A DNA stretch of 64,000 nucleotides, from the NCBI RefSeq assembly GCF_000150275.1, contig NW_002060943.1:4422008-4486007 (forward strand), read 5' to 3'. Under the pieces are notes generated by a model. That model was not told where the DNA came from and did no database searches. It saw only the letters and a program-made list of their open reading frames with translations. This document shows, one piece after another, positions 42,099-55,783 of this stretch (the first letter of the stretch is position 1; every line of letters begins with the position of its first letter). Source of the stretch: Trichoplax adhaerens (lineage: Eukaryota > Animalia > Placozoa). Position numbers and translations under genes: made by a program.

Positions 42099-45000
42099 AT
42101 GATCGGTGGAGCCTCAGCAATGGCCGTTACGGCTGCCGTTGGGTTATGTTATGCTATCTACAAGGCTGTAAAATGGATCCAGTTAAGTACCGACAACGTT
42201 GGTTTAAAAAGGATAATTGAATCTAGTTTAGACGTTTAGCAATCACCTATTGAAATTCAACAAATTGACAAGGCTACTACATGGCCATCATTCCATAAGC
42301 TACTAAAGTAGCCGTTTCCATGCTAATGATTTTATTTCCATTTCTATTGTAGACTTTTTTTTGTAAAGTATCTTTCAGTCAGTTGCAGCATTACATCAAA
42401 AAAAGTGCTTGACTCCTTCCTACCTAGTAAAAGCTGTTGCAATGTTTTACGTACGTTTATCGCTCAGCTCATCCAACTGCATGGATAGAAAGTCTTCTTC
42501 ATCAATGTTCAATGCTCAGTACTGATTATACTCTACGTATACTTCATAAGTGAAGATGAATTGAAATGACTATTTATTGATGGATTTACCAACCCATTCA
42601 ATAGAATCCTGATTAGTATCTCTACATAATTACGACCTCATCGATATTGAGTATTCTCAGTTTGAATGGATTGAATTACTGAATGTACTGCGTAATGCTA
42701 TATTTTAGTGCAAAAATGATATGGTTAACTAAAGTATCTAGTCAGTATTCTACACGCATGCGAATGGTATCCAATTATAATGCAATCGACAAATTGACCA
42801 TTCCATATAGACTAGTACTATCAAATTGACTTAAGACTACTTTGCTTAATCAATTTCCACACGTATTGATATTAGCCTTGAAACCGTCGTCGAACCATTG
42901 ACGTATTACTGTCTTTGCTGGGCTACAGTTTGGAGAAATATGTTCAACATGACGTGCTGTCCATTCTGTACGGCTAGAAATCCAAGCCATGATACAGTAG
43001 AATATGTGACGAGATTGTGAAGATGCATGATTTATTGGTAATCAAATCAAAATTAATTAACGTATACATGACGTGCTTTTCATTCTGTACGTCTAGAATC
43101 CAAACCACGATACAGTAGAATATGTGACGAGATTGTAAAGATGCATGATTTAGAAGCAATCAAATCAAAACTAATTAGCGTATCATAGAAGAATTAGTCA
43201 TTCCATTTATGATGACTGAGCACATTATGTTATCAACAATAAAATAATATTCTATTATGACTCGTAAGTCGTAACTATACAGGTAGCAATTACGTACTTT
43301 TATCGGAAGGCGTACATACGAGTTATCGGATGTACTGCCGTAACTATGAGAAATTAAGGTAGAAGTGATGCCTATTACGGCTCAATTTTTTTCTTTTCAA
43401 AATGAGATCATAATCTACGTTCCAATTACATATTTTTATCTAATGGTGTTTAGTATCTGATTGTAGAACGTAACTATGAGGAATTTGGGTAGAAGAAATC
43501 ACAATGACAGTTAAATTTTACTTTTCAATTGAGATCATGAGCTACGATCGGGTAGGCATTGCGCTACTACACGTTCGTAAAACGATATCGTTATGTACTA
43601 AATTTACCTAAGAACTTCTAAAAGGCTCTACTTCAACAGACGTACCTCTCTAATTTGATATACTTTTCATCAGTTCACTGAGACAAAATTACAAGACTTT
43701 TGAAAGAATTGGTGTTGCTGGGCCTAAGCCACTATTTTTACTAGGCAACGCCCTCGAATTTATGAAGAAACCGAAGGTAACTCTCATTGACAGTCATTTT
43801 TTCTACAGTTACTTATATTAAGAATGGCATAATAGAACGCAAATTGGTATTGTAAAATGCCTTCGATATCTTTTACTTTGATCAAGGTCATAAAGTACCC
43901 TAGAACAGCTAGCTGTTAAGCTGGCTGTTTTACTATAACCTGTTTAAACCTTGTATTCGAGGTACTTTATGATAATAATTATTAATTCATTAATTTGGTG
44001 TATTGCTGTGTGTTTGCACAGAAAATGCATGAAGTGCATGCCGACCTTATTAAAAAGTATGGACGTGTAACGGGGTACGTTATATCTGCCAAAGTTATAG
44101 GATTTCCTACAAATTACTATTAACGTAACTGATATTAGGGTACAGTTATATCTTTCTGTTGAATCTTGATTATGCAGATTGTTTATGGGCGTGAGGGGTC
44201 GCTATCTGTTAACTGATCCAGATATTATTAAAGAAATCACCGTGAAACAATTTTCAAATTTTCTGAATCGATCGGTATACAGTTGCTTGCTTTAGTTACT
44301 TGTATTCTATGCTTACTGTGTACATATTTTGGATTTATATAAAATCAGTTACTAGTGTAATAAATATCGATTTGAATAGTAAATATGTTAAAAGTTATGA
44401 TTTAACAATGTTATACGGCAAATTTTAATGCTTTTTTTGCAACCATCAATTCTGATTATTATTTGCAAAGTTTTGGAGCTTATTCGTTGTTTAATGTTCA
44501 TTGTAGATTACGTTCAATACAGGATTTCGGTTTGATCTTGGCTTATTAATATTACGTGATGATCACTGGAAGAAAGTGCGCAACATCTTGACTCCTAATT
44601 TTACCTCGAACAAGATGAAAAATGTATGATTTTATTCAATGAATGTAGTAACTGATTCCTACCTCTAAAATTTTAATGTTAATGAAACAGATGAGGCCAT
44701 TGTTGGATGATTCTACTAGGATTTTAATGCAGAAACTAGATGAAGCTACTAAAACAGGAGAACCAGTGAATATCTGGGAGTATGTTGCAATATTGTACGG
44801 CTCTCTAATTCAAGATATATAGATTCCTACGATATTAAAATGCTGACGATTGCTTCAGGTGGTTTGGAACTTACACCATGCAAATTATTATGGCGACGGC
44901 TTTTGGTACTGACGTAGATTCTCAAACTAATTCAGATAATATCCTAAATAAGCGTGCTAGTCAGAGTTTGCACCTAAGTCCGTTTGCAGTTATATCAGGT

Positions 45001-47120
45001 ATTGAGTGGCTTTTAATATTATAGCTACGATGTAGACGTACTTGTCTAATGAAGGGTATTTCCTACAAGCTTTTCTTAATATTTTATTGTACTGTACCGT
45101 ACTTCTCATTACAGTCTGTAATCAGCTGTATTTCTAAAGATTAGTTATCGATATTAAATTATCTCTATGTAGAAAGCATTTACTTTGTACTGTATTATGT
45201 TGTCGCAAAGTGACTTTTGCTAACTAATGCTTCTCTTATTTTCATCAGATGACATTCTTTCGTATTTATTGAGAATAGCATTATCAATGACGTTATACAT
45301 TCTTTTATAGAGAAATGCATAGTTTTTATAAATATCATCTATGAACTGATCGTACACAATAAATGTTTATGTAGAGCTACGATAACTTGGCTAACATTTT
45401 AATAAAGTTTAGGTTTAGTTTTGTCTCAGGAGAGACTAGTTGTGTTACTGTTTACCGTGATAATGGAAGATCATCAGTATTAGAGTCGTACTGTAGGTAG
45501 ATATCAGGAGGATAAACCTGCCGGTAGACTCTTAGCCTTTAGTTTTCTACAGCAGTTATAATTTTCCGTGTCGTTACAAATTTATAACATAGGTCTAACA
45601 TCGAATCCTAATTCTCCGCATTTTTTATCCCTATTATAGCGGTATTTTTGCCTGCACTATTTCCACTAATGGTCAGATTGGATCGTTCATTTATTAATGG
45701 TATGGGGTTCATAGATAACTTTGCGGATAAAGTGTTATCCATGCGAAAAAAAGAAGTAGATTCGAAAGTAATTTATAGAATTATTTTACTATATTCTCTT
45801 AGCTGATTAATGTAAATTAATTGCAATGATGGCATTTGTGATACTATATATTACGGTACTGCATTATTGTAGCGTCAGGATATAATGCAAATCATGATTG
45901 ATGCTTCTGATGAGAGTAAAAAAGGTTCCTTGACCCATGATGAAGCTGTTGGGCAGATCATTACTGTATTGTTGGCTGGCTATGAAACGACTAATAACGC
46001 TTTAGGGTATATTGCGTACCTGCTAGCATTGCATCCAGAAGTTCAAGATAAGCTAATAAATGAAATCGAAAGTGCATACAATTCAACGGTTAGATATACT
46101 ACCGGCATTTGGTACAAGATAACATTTTAGGCTAAATTTCGGTGGTTTTGAAGCCCAATTCTTTTAACATAAATTTAAATAGTCTTAATCCATATTATTC
46201 GATAGGATTCCAAGGAAATTGATTACGATATTATTATGTATAAGATGGCGTATCTGGATATGGTGATATCAGAAAGCCTAAGATTATATCCGCCAGTGAT
46301 GTCGTAAATAATTTATCGTATTAGTTAAGTACTAAAATAAGGATTATACTGCTATTAAAGGCCAAAATTTCTCTACAGAATCGGACGAGAAATTAAAGAA
46401 GATTGCGTTATAAAAGGAGTAAAATTTTTGAAAGGTTTGACCATTGGTATACCTGCTTATGCAATGCATAGAGATCCAGAATTTTGGGAAGAGCCTGAGA
46501 AATTTGATCCTGAAAGGTAGCTACATACGTATACTTTATTAAAACTATTTCAATCGATTAGTGGTAGTTAGCTTAAATCTTTTTAATTTTGCTGCTAATA
46601 GAAGCTGCAGAAATTAATAATGCTAAATCTAACAAATTTAAACATATTTCGCTATTTGAATTAAAAAGTCTATTCAATTATTGTACTTAAGAGGATGTTC
46701 ATTTTTAAAAGCGTACCTATGCATGGTAATGTTGATAAATAAATGTTTCTATTTTATGATTCTGTATCAGATTTTCAGAAGAGAGAAAGAATAGCATAAA
46801 TACATATGCATATTTGCCATTCGGTATTGGTCCACGAGCCTGCATTGGTTCTAGATTTGCTTTAATGGAAATAAAACTATGTTTAGTCAAAGTTTTGATG
46901 GCATATCGCTTTGTTACTTGTCCTGAAACACAGGTAGCTTGCAATACCTCTGCATCCCTGAAACATATTTATCTTCTTTTATTTTACACTTGCTTGTAAT
47001 AGCTTTGGCCATTTTGAATTAAACAGTTTTGTTTGCAAACTCTAGATTCCTTTGCAGGTCAAATCTGCAGGATCGCTATCCCCACAAAATGGCATTTATC
47101 TCAAGATTGAAAAAAGATAA
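42099..47120 (+). CDS. Cytochrome P450, clan 3 (CYP3A/TBXAS-like), ~13 exons
   Basis: N-terminal anchor [32 protein letters not shown]-helix WKKVR, I-helix AGYETT, K-helix ESLR, FDPERF and heme signature [11 protein letters not shown]. All exons splice in frame. Stop TAA 47118-47120. Confidence 0.93.
42947..43184. repeat. ~120-bp tandem duplication in CYP intron 1
   Basis: ACATGACGTGCT...CATTCTGTACG.CTAGAA...GATACAGTAGAATATGTGACGAGATTGT.AAGATGCATGATTTA...AATCAAATCAAAA.TAATTA.CGTAT twice. A second, older ~80-bp pair lies at ~43339 and ~43469 (CGTAACTATGAG...TGAGATCAT). Confidence 0.9.
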
Positions 47121-47859
47121 AGCAAAAATACTTTGCTTTGTGGTTGTTAGTTATTCCCTTTGATACGGCATATTTATGTTTTGATCTTTTAAATAAATTA
47201 AATTGAACTTATGATCAGTATTTATGAAGAAATATCTAGAAAAGGACTATTTATAATTCAATATCATGGTTATATTAATATATCTTATTATTGCTATTCG
47301 AAACTATAATGAATGGGTTTATTTACTGCGGTATATGATAGAGTGTAAAGATTATAGAGTTATCGATACTCATGACTGGACCTAACTAATAGTAGTAGCT
47401 CGTATGTCTATAGCATTCATTGCTACTTGTCAGTGTATGAAATGGGACTTTATACTGATAGTGTGTCGGAATCGCGCATTCTCGTACACTGATAAACTGA
47501 TCTACTACTGAAATTAACCAACTTTAAAAAAGTTAATAAATTGCTTTCAATCTTCCCAAATCAGATGAGATGTGCTTGTCTAAATCAAATCAGTCCATCA
47601 CACTATTGAAGTATACTGGGTGTCCTAAACACTACTTTCAGTACAACTTACATGGGCGTTGCCAGTAACACGATAGACTACTTCTTGCTAGCTGTACAGA
47701 CATACAGTAAGGACAGCACTTTTATACAATCTGTTCTTGTATTGTAAGGTAATCCCTCCGAAACTTATGAGCCTGTATCCAACCTGCCAACTGAGATCTT
47801 GGAGTTTTTTGTAGTTTAATGCTATAATTGCGTAACATTTGAATGGATACTCTTTGGCG

Positions 47860-50769
47860 ATGCATTCTGGAAACTTATCGCGATTTCTACCAAGGTTAAG
47901 CAAAAGTTCGAAAATAAGTGATATTCGTAGGTACTTACCAGCCGTATTACAATTTAATGCTAAACATCTCGTTGGATTAGCAGCTACTAAAAGTCAAAAT
48001 TTTGATTTACCGACGCCCTTCGATCCGGAGGTAAAATTTGTCGACGTTGAGACTGGTAATTTAAATGTTAGCAGTGTGGATCATATTAGAGCAGGCTACA
48101 CTGATGAAAATCCTAATGGGTCACCAACTGTCATTACGGTGCATGGATGTCCAGGTATGCTCAATTCCTGCACAAACTATTAGTCGTAGAATAGCAATTT
48201 TGTTTATAAAATCGTTTGCAAACATAATGTACTATTACAGTTAACGCTATTGCCTTTCTGGGCTCTGGTTTATAAACTCAAAGTACGAGCGTGTTAATAG
48301 TGCAGAGCGAAGCAACATGTAGTTTTGATCGATTGGTAGATTTTTTTAACTGTAGAGCTCGTTATGTTGTAAATTTGCACATCATATAGCATAGTAATTA
48401 TTCTAAATTATAACTTTTTATGATATGCAAAGTAGTCTAGATCAAAGTATTGAGGAAACTATTTACTTGTGATTTCACTCGATGAAGTGTATTGTACGTA
48501 TTCCTACTCTTGATATTCCTTCTCATGTTTAAATTGATAGCCTTATGAAATAAAGGCCTGACAAAGAAACTGCAGTGAAATGATACTCGTATATCTCGAT
48601 CATAATATCAGTATGTGGCAATACCTATTCGATAGTAATTTGATCGCTCAGATTGCCTTGAGATTTTGTAAGCATAGTTGTAGTTTATGGTAGTTCGCAA
48701 AAATGGACAATGTCCATTAGTTTAAAATACTATATTAAATCGATAACTGTGGAAGATATCCAGCTATGATTAGACGATGGTAACAACGACAACACACGTT
48801 TGCATACGATTGCTCTGTGATATACTGTAGATATCCTGGAAATACTGTGGTACAATACTAAAATATGGACTGCATACTTGTTTGATAAGACTATGATAAA
48901 CTAACATGATAAAGCAGTATTACGGTAAACACATTCGTTTCCAATACTTGATAGCATAATAACATTGACGCTGATATATCTACCATAGTTGGAGTTGGAT
49001 GTCCACAGTTTGATAGTAATTGCTCATTTGTATAATCAGTCATCGTGATGAAATGTTAACATTGAGATATGATCACTACTCTAAATTGCAGAAAACTACT
49101 TACTGTTTGCACAGTAATAAAGTTAGGTGACTGATGCCTAATTCCGGAGTTATTATAATTAATTAACGTACAAAATCATAGTGCTCTCAGAAATTTCTTT
49201 TTTGATAAATAATAACTGATCTCAACTTAATAACTAAATAATGATAGATTTATTGACGGACTATGCCCGTCCGATCGTCAGTTACAATAATCTCACAGTA
49301 TTTCCAAGTGGTCATAATCAAATAGCGCTCGTTAAAACCGCTAATACTCGGTTATTGAGTGTTAGACTATTGCGCTGTAAATTACTATATTCTTTAATTA
49401 TGCCCTATTTCAGCCTGTTGAGTTACAACAACATCCGTTTTTATACTCGTTCTGAATAAAGCGCCTTGTACAGTGCTCCTTACAAGGTATAGACTGTGCT
49501 TGTATTAATTTCATTCGTATGCTAAATATAAAGCTGCTGTCAACTATAAGTATATCATTTCTATTGTATACTGTAACTTAATCTGCGCGCTTAGGAAATC
49601 CATCCACGTCCTTAGATTCTATCAGTAACAGTGAAATTTTACAGACATTGGCTATTGTAACGAGTGCTTTTACGTTGTATGAATACGTCGCAACTATCTT
49701 GAATACTCATCCAAATAGTGGTGTATCCTGAACTTTGCAGGATAACGCAACCGATTTGCAATTATGTTATTTCTACAATTTTGGGGATATTTTTCCAATT
49801 TCGATAACATATTTTCCTTCACATTTCATCGTTCCATGATTAAGGAAGCCACTATGATTTTCGTTACTTGGCTACACCTTTGCGTGATGCTGGCGTTAGG
49901 ATAATACGGATTAATTTACCAGGATTTGGTCCTACTCCTAAACCATATGATTTTACATATACGCCTGTTAATAAAGCTAACTTTGTTGGCAATTTATTAA
50001 ACAATATTGGGATCAATAGAGTTGGCATGGCAGTTGGACATAGTATGGGATGTGCTTGTGTAACCTCTTTAGTTAGTACACATCCAAATTTGGTTGCATC
50101 TTATGCTCTACTAGCTAGTTGTGGAACTAGGCCTCATTTTGGACTAAGACCGTATATGTGTAGGTATCTGATTTGGTGAAATGATCTATCTATTTTCAAT
50201 CAACCTTATAGACACTATATTTGAAATATTGTCTCAATTCTTTTCATGTCATAAAATCAACAACAATTTAGATAATTTAACATATTCATATCAATATTAA
50301 ATTATTGTAATCTACCTTAGCCCTTAGTCACTTATAGGATATTTATCTACCGTTAATTGATATTTGCACTTATGATTAGGGATTCAAGCTACAGCAAAAC
50401 TATTGAATACTTTCGTTTCTAATATTAATCGGTGCTGAGCTTGAGACCTGCAATCGAAAATTATATATAACATATATATTATTATTAGCTTTTTCATCTG
50501 CTTACAAAGTGGCCTGTAATATGTACCTACGCAAGACTACCATTATGTAATGAACTATATCATTTCTATTTCATATTACAGCTGACAAGATGCCTCATGT
50601 CACATACGATTTGACAACTGGAATATCTCGTCAACTAGTATTTCATAACAGTGGTCACTACCCTCAAAAATTTCATGCAAATCATATTGGAAAAGCAATG
50701 TTAGATATTCTGAATAAAATAGACGGCACTAAAGTAAGTATGCAAAGACCTTTAATCAGTGCACATTAG
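47860..50769 (+). pseudogene. DUF1057-like alpha/beta hydrolase copy 1, exon 3 largely deleted
   Basis: Exon 1 (47860-48154), exon 2 (49844-50159, GHSMG) and exon 4 (50582-50769) are open. After WIQATAKLLN the sequence jumps to DNA homologous to late intron 3 of copy 2, giving TGA at 50436-50438. Confidence 0.75.
48686..48987. mobile_element. Candidate ~300-bp non-autonomous DNA element in hydrolase copy 1 intron 1
   Basis: Absent in copy 2. Ends TATGGTAG...CTACCATA (8-bp TIR) flanked by GTTGTAGTT / GTTGGAGTT (9-bp repeat, 1 mismatch). Confidence 0.4.
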
Positions 50770-52464
50770 ATATAAGTTATGAAAGATGGATAAATATCTA
50801 AAGCTATATATTGCGTGCTTACAAATTTACGGTGGTAAATTGATATTTAGTAATGTAAATGTCGGATAAAATTATTGAAATTATAAATAATTTTTTTAAT
50901 TTATAGCAGCGTGATCAATAAAACCCATAACCTCTCTGAACGTTTCGTACAACTATACGAGCATGTATTGCAGGAATGGTGAACTAAGCTTAAATACTTT
51001 ATTAAAGTTTCGGCTTTCAGTTTGCTATTCGGCTCGCAATGAAACGCTAACTGACTGATGAACGTCGAGTTGCGGACATATTCGTAAATTAAAGACTTCC
51101 CAATTGCTGATTGACATAATATTGACAATACAAATCGGTACGCACCTAAATATCAAATCATATTGTACTCTATTGACTTAAAATTTTGCTAAATTTCCAT
51201 AGAATTTCTACTAGTTTCGCTAGTTCTAATTTTATTTAAATAATTTAGAAGATCGTTGTTATATAATAATAAAGTTTAACACGGACTTAAAATCCATAAA
51301 CACGGTGATATAATATCTCATTAAACGACTAGACACGCTATGTATGATATTCTGGAGAATGTGCGCATACACGGGCGTATACTGTGTATGCGTGGAATAT
51401 AATCTGCAATGATATTTATGTATATGTCAACAAATCTAAATAAACATCTACAGATTATATCAACACTTGCATATACGCGTACTTGTAGAATAGAAAAAAA
51501 GCTGAAGGTTGAAATAGTATGGAAATATGCTAGAACTACTGGATCTAAACTTGCAGTACTACCTATTAGCGTTTAATAGCTACCAGCTATACTTTAGCTG
51601 TAGTATATACGTAACTATCATACTAGTATAGTACCGTAGTAAACAGTCTTTGTGATTTTATTTCCGATCTACGAAGTGCAAGTCTAAATGTATTGCTGTA
51701 CTCGCATCGATTTAGCTCTAGATTTTCCTTCTTTGAAATAGAAGGAATTAGGTCGTTTGGTTAATTTAGCAGAGGAGTTCAGTATTAAAGAGTTATGACC
51801 GTGTTCTGGGCACCAGTAGTAGTTTAGTCAGCACCGCACCGACGTTATCCGAAATCATCAAAATCTAAAGAGATATGTTATTATCTGAATCAAACCAATC
51901 TGTCGTCAGCCTTACTCTTAATCTTAGCAAATTTTCCCTTCATAATATTTTCTTATATATTCGTAACAGTGATTCTGACTATTCATTATGGTATTAATTT
52001 AATTTAAATTGCAACCGTCTAGTAATTGACTGATTAGGAGTACGAAGTATAATTTAGCCGTGATTCCATTTTGGCATAAATAATTAACATAAACATAACA
52101 CATAGTTACTGTATAGCTATGATATATAAGCATGTTGCCATGAAATTTCTTTAAACGCGGAAAATTTTTATTTTAATACTCTTATAAATTAATCCATCTA
52201 ACTATTATATTGCATATCCTGTCAATATGATGTAAATTGGTATGCAACTTACATAGGCGTTGTCACTAAGTTGATTTTACTACTTCTTTCAGACAGTACA
52301 GACATAAGGACAGCACTTTTATGCAGTCTATTCTCGGCATTGTAAGCTAAGTTCTACGAAGTTTATAAGCCTGTATCTAACCTGCCAACTGAGATCTTGG
52401 AGGTTTTCGTACATTATTAATTTTATAGTTGCATAAGATTGAACGAATGCCATACTCTTTAACG

Positions 52465-55400
52465 ATGTATTCTAGAAACTTATCGCGATTTCTGCTAAGA
52501 CTAAGCAAAAGTTCGAAAATAAGTGATATTCGCAGATACTTAACTGCTATATTACAATCTAATGTAGAACATCTCGTTGGATCAGCAGCTACTCACAACC
52601 GATCAGCTACTAAAAGTCCAATTTTTGATCTTCCTGCACCTTTCGATCCGGAGGTAAAGTTTGTTAACGTTGAGACTGACAATTTAAATGTTAGCAGTGT
52701 GGATCATATTAGAGCAGGTTACACTGATGAAAACCCGAACGGGTCACCCACTGTCATTGCCGTCCATGGATGTCCAGGTAGCTTAAATGTTAATTGGTAA
52801 AATTATTACGGTTAACTTTATTGCCTGCTGGGCTCTGGTATATTAATAGTGCAGGCGAAGGAAACAATATATAGCTTTGATTAAGAAATTTTGTTAACTG
52901 CAGAGCTCTTTATATTGTAAAGTTACACAGCGCATATCACAGTAGTTATTCTAAATTATAATTTTTAATATGCAAAGCAGTCTAGATAAATATGATAAGA
53001 AATTTAGTTGGAGTATATTATGATTTCATTCGGTACAGTTTACGTATTCAGACTATATTCCACGTACGCCTACCTATTCTGCTATTCTTTCTAATATTTA
53101 AATTGGAAATCCTATGAACGTAAGGCCTGGTATGGAAACTACAGTAAAATGATACTCGTATATCTCGGTCATAATATCAGTAAATAGCAGTACTCGATAG
53201 TAGTTGGATCGCTCAGATTGTTGTAGTGCTTGGGTTTTACAACTCCTTACCGTACTTCAATTACTACTATAATTAGCTCAAGCTACTACAATTGTCAAAA
53301 GATTTTGTAAGCATAGTAGGTCTGATAGTAATTGCTCATTTATATAATCAGCCATTTGATGAAATGTTAGCATTGTGATATGATCACTACTCTAAGTTGC
53401 AGAAAACTACTCACTATATGGACAGTAACGAAGTTTCGGTAGCTAGGGCCTAATTTTAGAGTACTATATAATCAAAATGCAAAGTTATAGTGTACTCGGA
53501 ATTTAGCTTTTGACAAGTGACAACTGATCTCAACTTATTGCCAAATTTCATTAACGGACTATTCCCGTCCGATCATACGCTACAATAACTTCGCGGTATT
53601 TCTAAATAGCCATACTCAAGTGATGCTATTGAAACATTAAGTAGAATGTTAACGAATGCTAGCTAGCGTGCTATAAATTACATATAGCCTGTAATTATGC
53701 CCTAATCATGTAGGGTTATATAGACTTCCGTTTTTATGCTCGTTCTGAATAAAATACCTTATACAGCTTTCTGTGCAAGATATACACCGTGCTTGTATTA
53801 ATAATTCGTATGCTAAATATAAAGCTGCTATCCACTATACGTATATCGTTTTACATTTTATACCTTAGTCTGTACGCTTACGAAGTCCACCCTCCTCTTT
53901 AGGTTCTATTTACGTAATAGCGAAATATTATGGGCGTTAGCTAATCTAATTAGTACTTTTACTGCATTGTACAAATACATCGCATCTAAATTTAGCGATG
54001 ATACAATAAGTACCTAACGATATCGCTGTAGTACAATATTGACTAATAAAAATTATTGACCATTAATATTTCATCCAAACAGTAGAGTATACTGAGTTTA
54101 CAGGATATGGCAATCGATCATTAATAACCAATTTATTCCTATGTTTTATCTGATAATTTTCCGATTTTAGTAACATATTTTCCTTTACATTTTGTTGTTC
54201 TATGGTTAAGGGAGCCACTTTGATTTTCGTTACTTGGCTACACCTTTGCGCGATGCCAACGTTAGGATAATACGGATTAATTTACCTGGATTTGGTCCTA
54301 CTCCTAAACCATATGATTTTATATATAACGCAACTAATAAAGCTAACTTTGTTGGCAATTTATTAAACAAGATTGGCATAAATAAAGTTGGTATGGCAAT
54401 TGGACATAGCTTAGGATGTACTTGCGTTACGTCTTTAGTTAGCACTCACCCAAATTTAGTAGCATCTTATGCTCTACTGGCTAGTTGCGGAACTAGGCCT
54501 AATATCGGAATGAGGCCGTATATGTGTAAGTATCTGATTTGGTGAAAAATGATCTATCTATTTTCAATCAATCTTATGGATACTATACTTGAAATATTGT
54601 TTCAATACTTTATGTGGAATAATACTGATAAAAATTGAAATGACTTAACATAGGCTATCAATCGCGTATACATATACAGTATATATTTAATTATTGTAAT
54701 CTAGTTTAGCTCTTAGCCTATTGTTGGGTATTTATCTATCGTCAATTGATAAAAGTACTATAATTAGGGACTCGAGCTACGGCAAAAGTATTGGATGTAC
54801 CGCTGCTTGGAAGTTTATCATCTGTTATTGTGAATAGAAGATATGCAAAGTACGGATTTAACGTAGCTAAAACGGTTAAAGATGAAATAGATAATAGTCA
54901 TCGACTATGTGCGAATGTAGATTTTAATATGAATACCAAATGTCTTGAATTAATGGGTGATAAGAAGATTCCAGTATTGCTAGGCTTTTCAATTGATGAT
55001 AAGTTAATAGAGCACGAAATCTTTAATGAAATATCGTTATGCCTGGGCATGCGAACTCTTGATGAAATGGATGGTCTAGAGGAAGCTCAAAGTAATTACA
55101 ACATTTATGATTCTAGTCAGCTGTATAATATTTGTAACGGATGAACTATACGATTCTATCAAAAGTTGCTTTTATTACTAGCCTGCTAGATGATACAAAC
55201 AGTATAGCGCAATGTAGATTTAGAATTATATTAACATGACGTCAACAAGGACCGTGGCTATTTTACGTTATCAGATTTACTTAATGCGAGGTATTACTAT
55301 ATCGAATCAATCCTATGTAAAACGTAAAATTTTATACGTTGTTTTAGAAAGAGCTAAAATAATATATGACTTAGTATCATCGTAATAATATGTATCGCTA

Positions 55401-55783
55401 AGTATGTTCCTTTTTCGTATTGACAGTTACTGCTTTTGTTCTTGACATTACTCCGTGCTGAACTTACTATCTGCTATCCAAAATTATTTATTTACTTTTT
55501 TCATCTACCAGTAAAACCGAACCGCAATATGTATCCGTGTAAGGCTAGCATTATATAATGAACTATATCACTTTTATTGCACGTTATAGCTGATAAGATG
55601 CCTCATATCAGATACGATTTAACAACTGGAATGTCTCGTCAACTAGTTTTCCAAAAAGGTGGTCACTACCTTCAAAAATTTCATGCAAATTATATTGGAA
55701 AAGCAATGTTAGATATTCTGAATAAATTGGAAGCAGTTAAAGTAAGTATGCAAAGACCTTTTATCATTGTATATTGCATATAA
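52465..55783 (+). CDS. DUF1057-like alpha/beta hydrolase copy 2 (4 exons)
   Basis: Exons ~52465-52777, 54211-54525, 54768-55091, 55590-55783. VIAVHGCPG-SHFDFRYL...VRIIRINLPGFG, nucleophile elbow GHSLG, acid DDKLIE, His in GGHY. The pattern HGxPGSHxDFxY / INxPGF / GHSxGC is as I recall for Pfam DUF1057. Confidence 0.82.
53221..53291. mobile_element. 71-bp MITE-like insertion in hydrolase copy 2 intron 1
   Basis: TTGTAGTGCTTGGG...CTCAAGCTACTACAA imperfect TIRs, flanked by TTG/TTG. Copy 1 has the empty site (CAGATTG at ~48649). Confidence 0.6.

Noticed and set aside
47658-47669. GTTGCCAGTAAC X-box-like site upstream of hydrolase copy 1
   Set aside because: Not preserved in the duplicated promoter of intact copy 2 (GTTGTCACTAAG).
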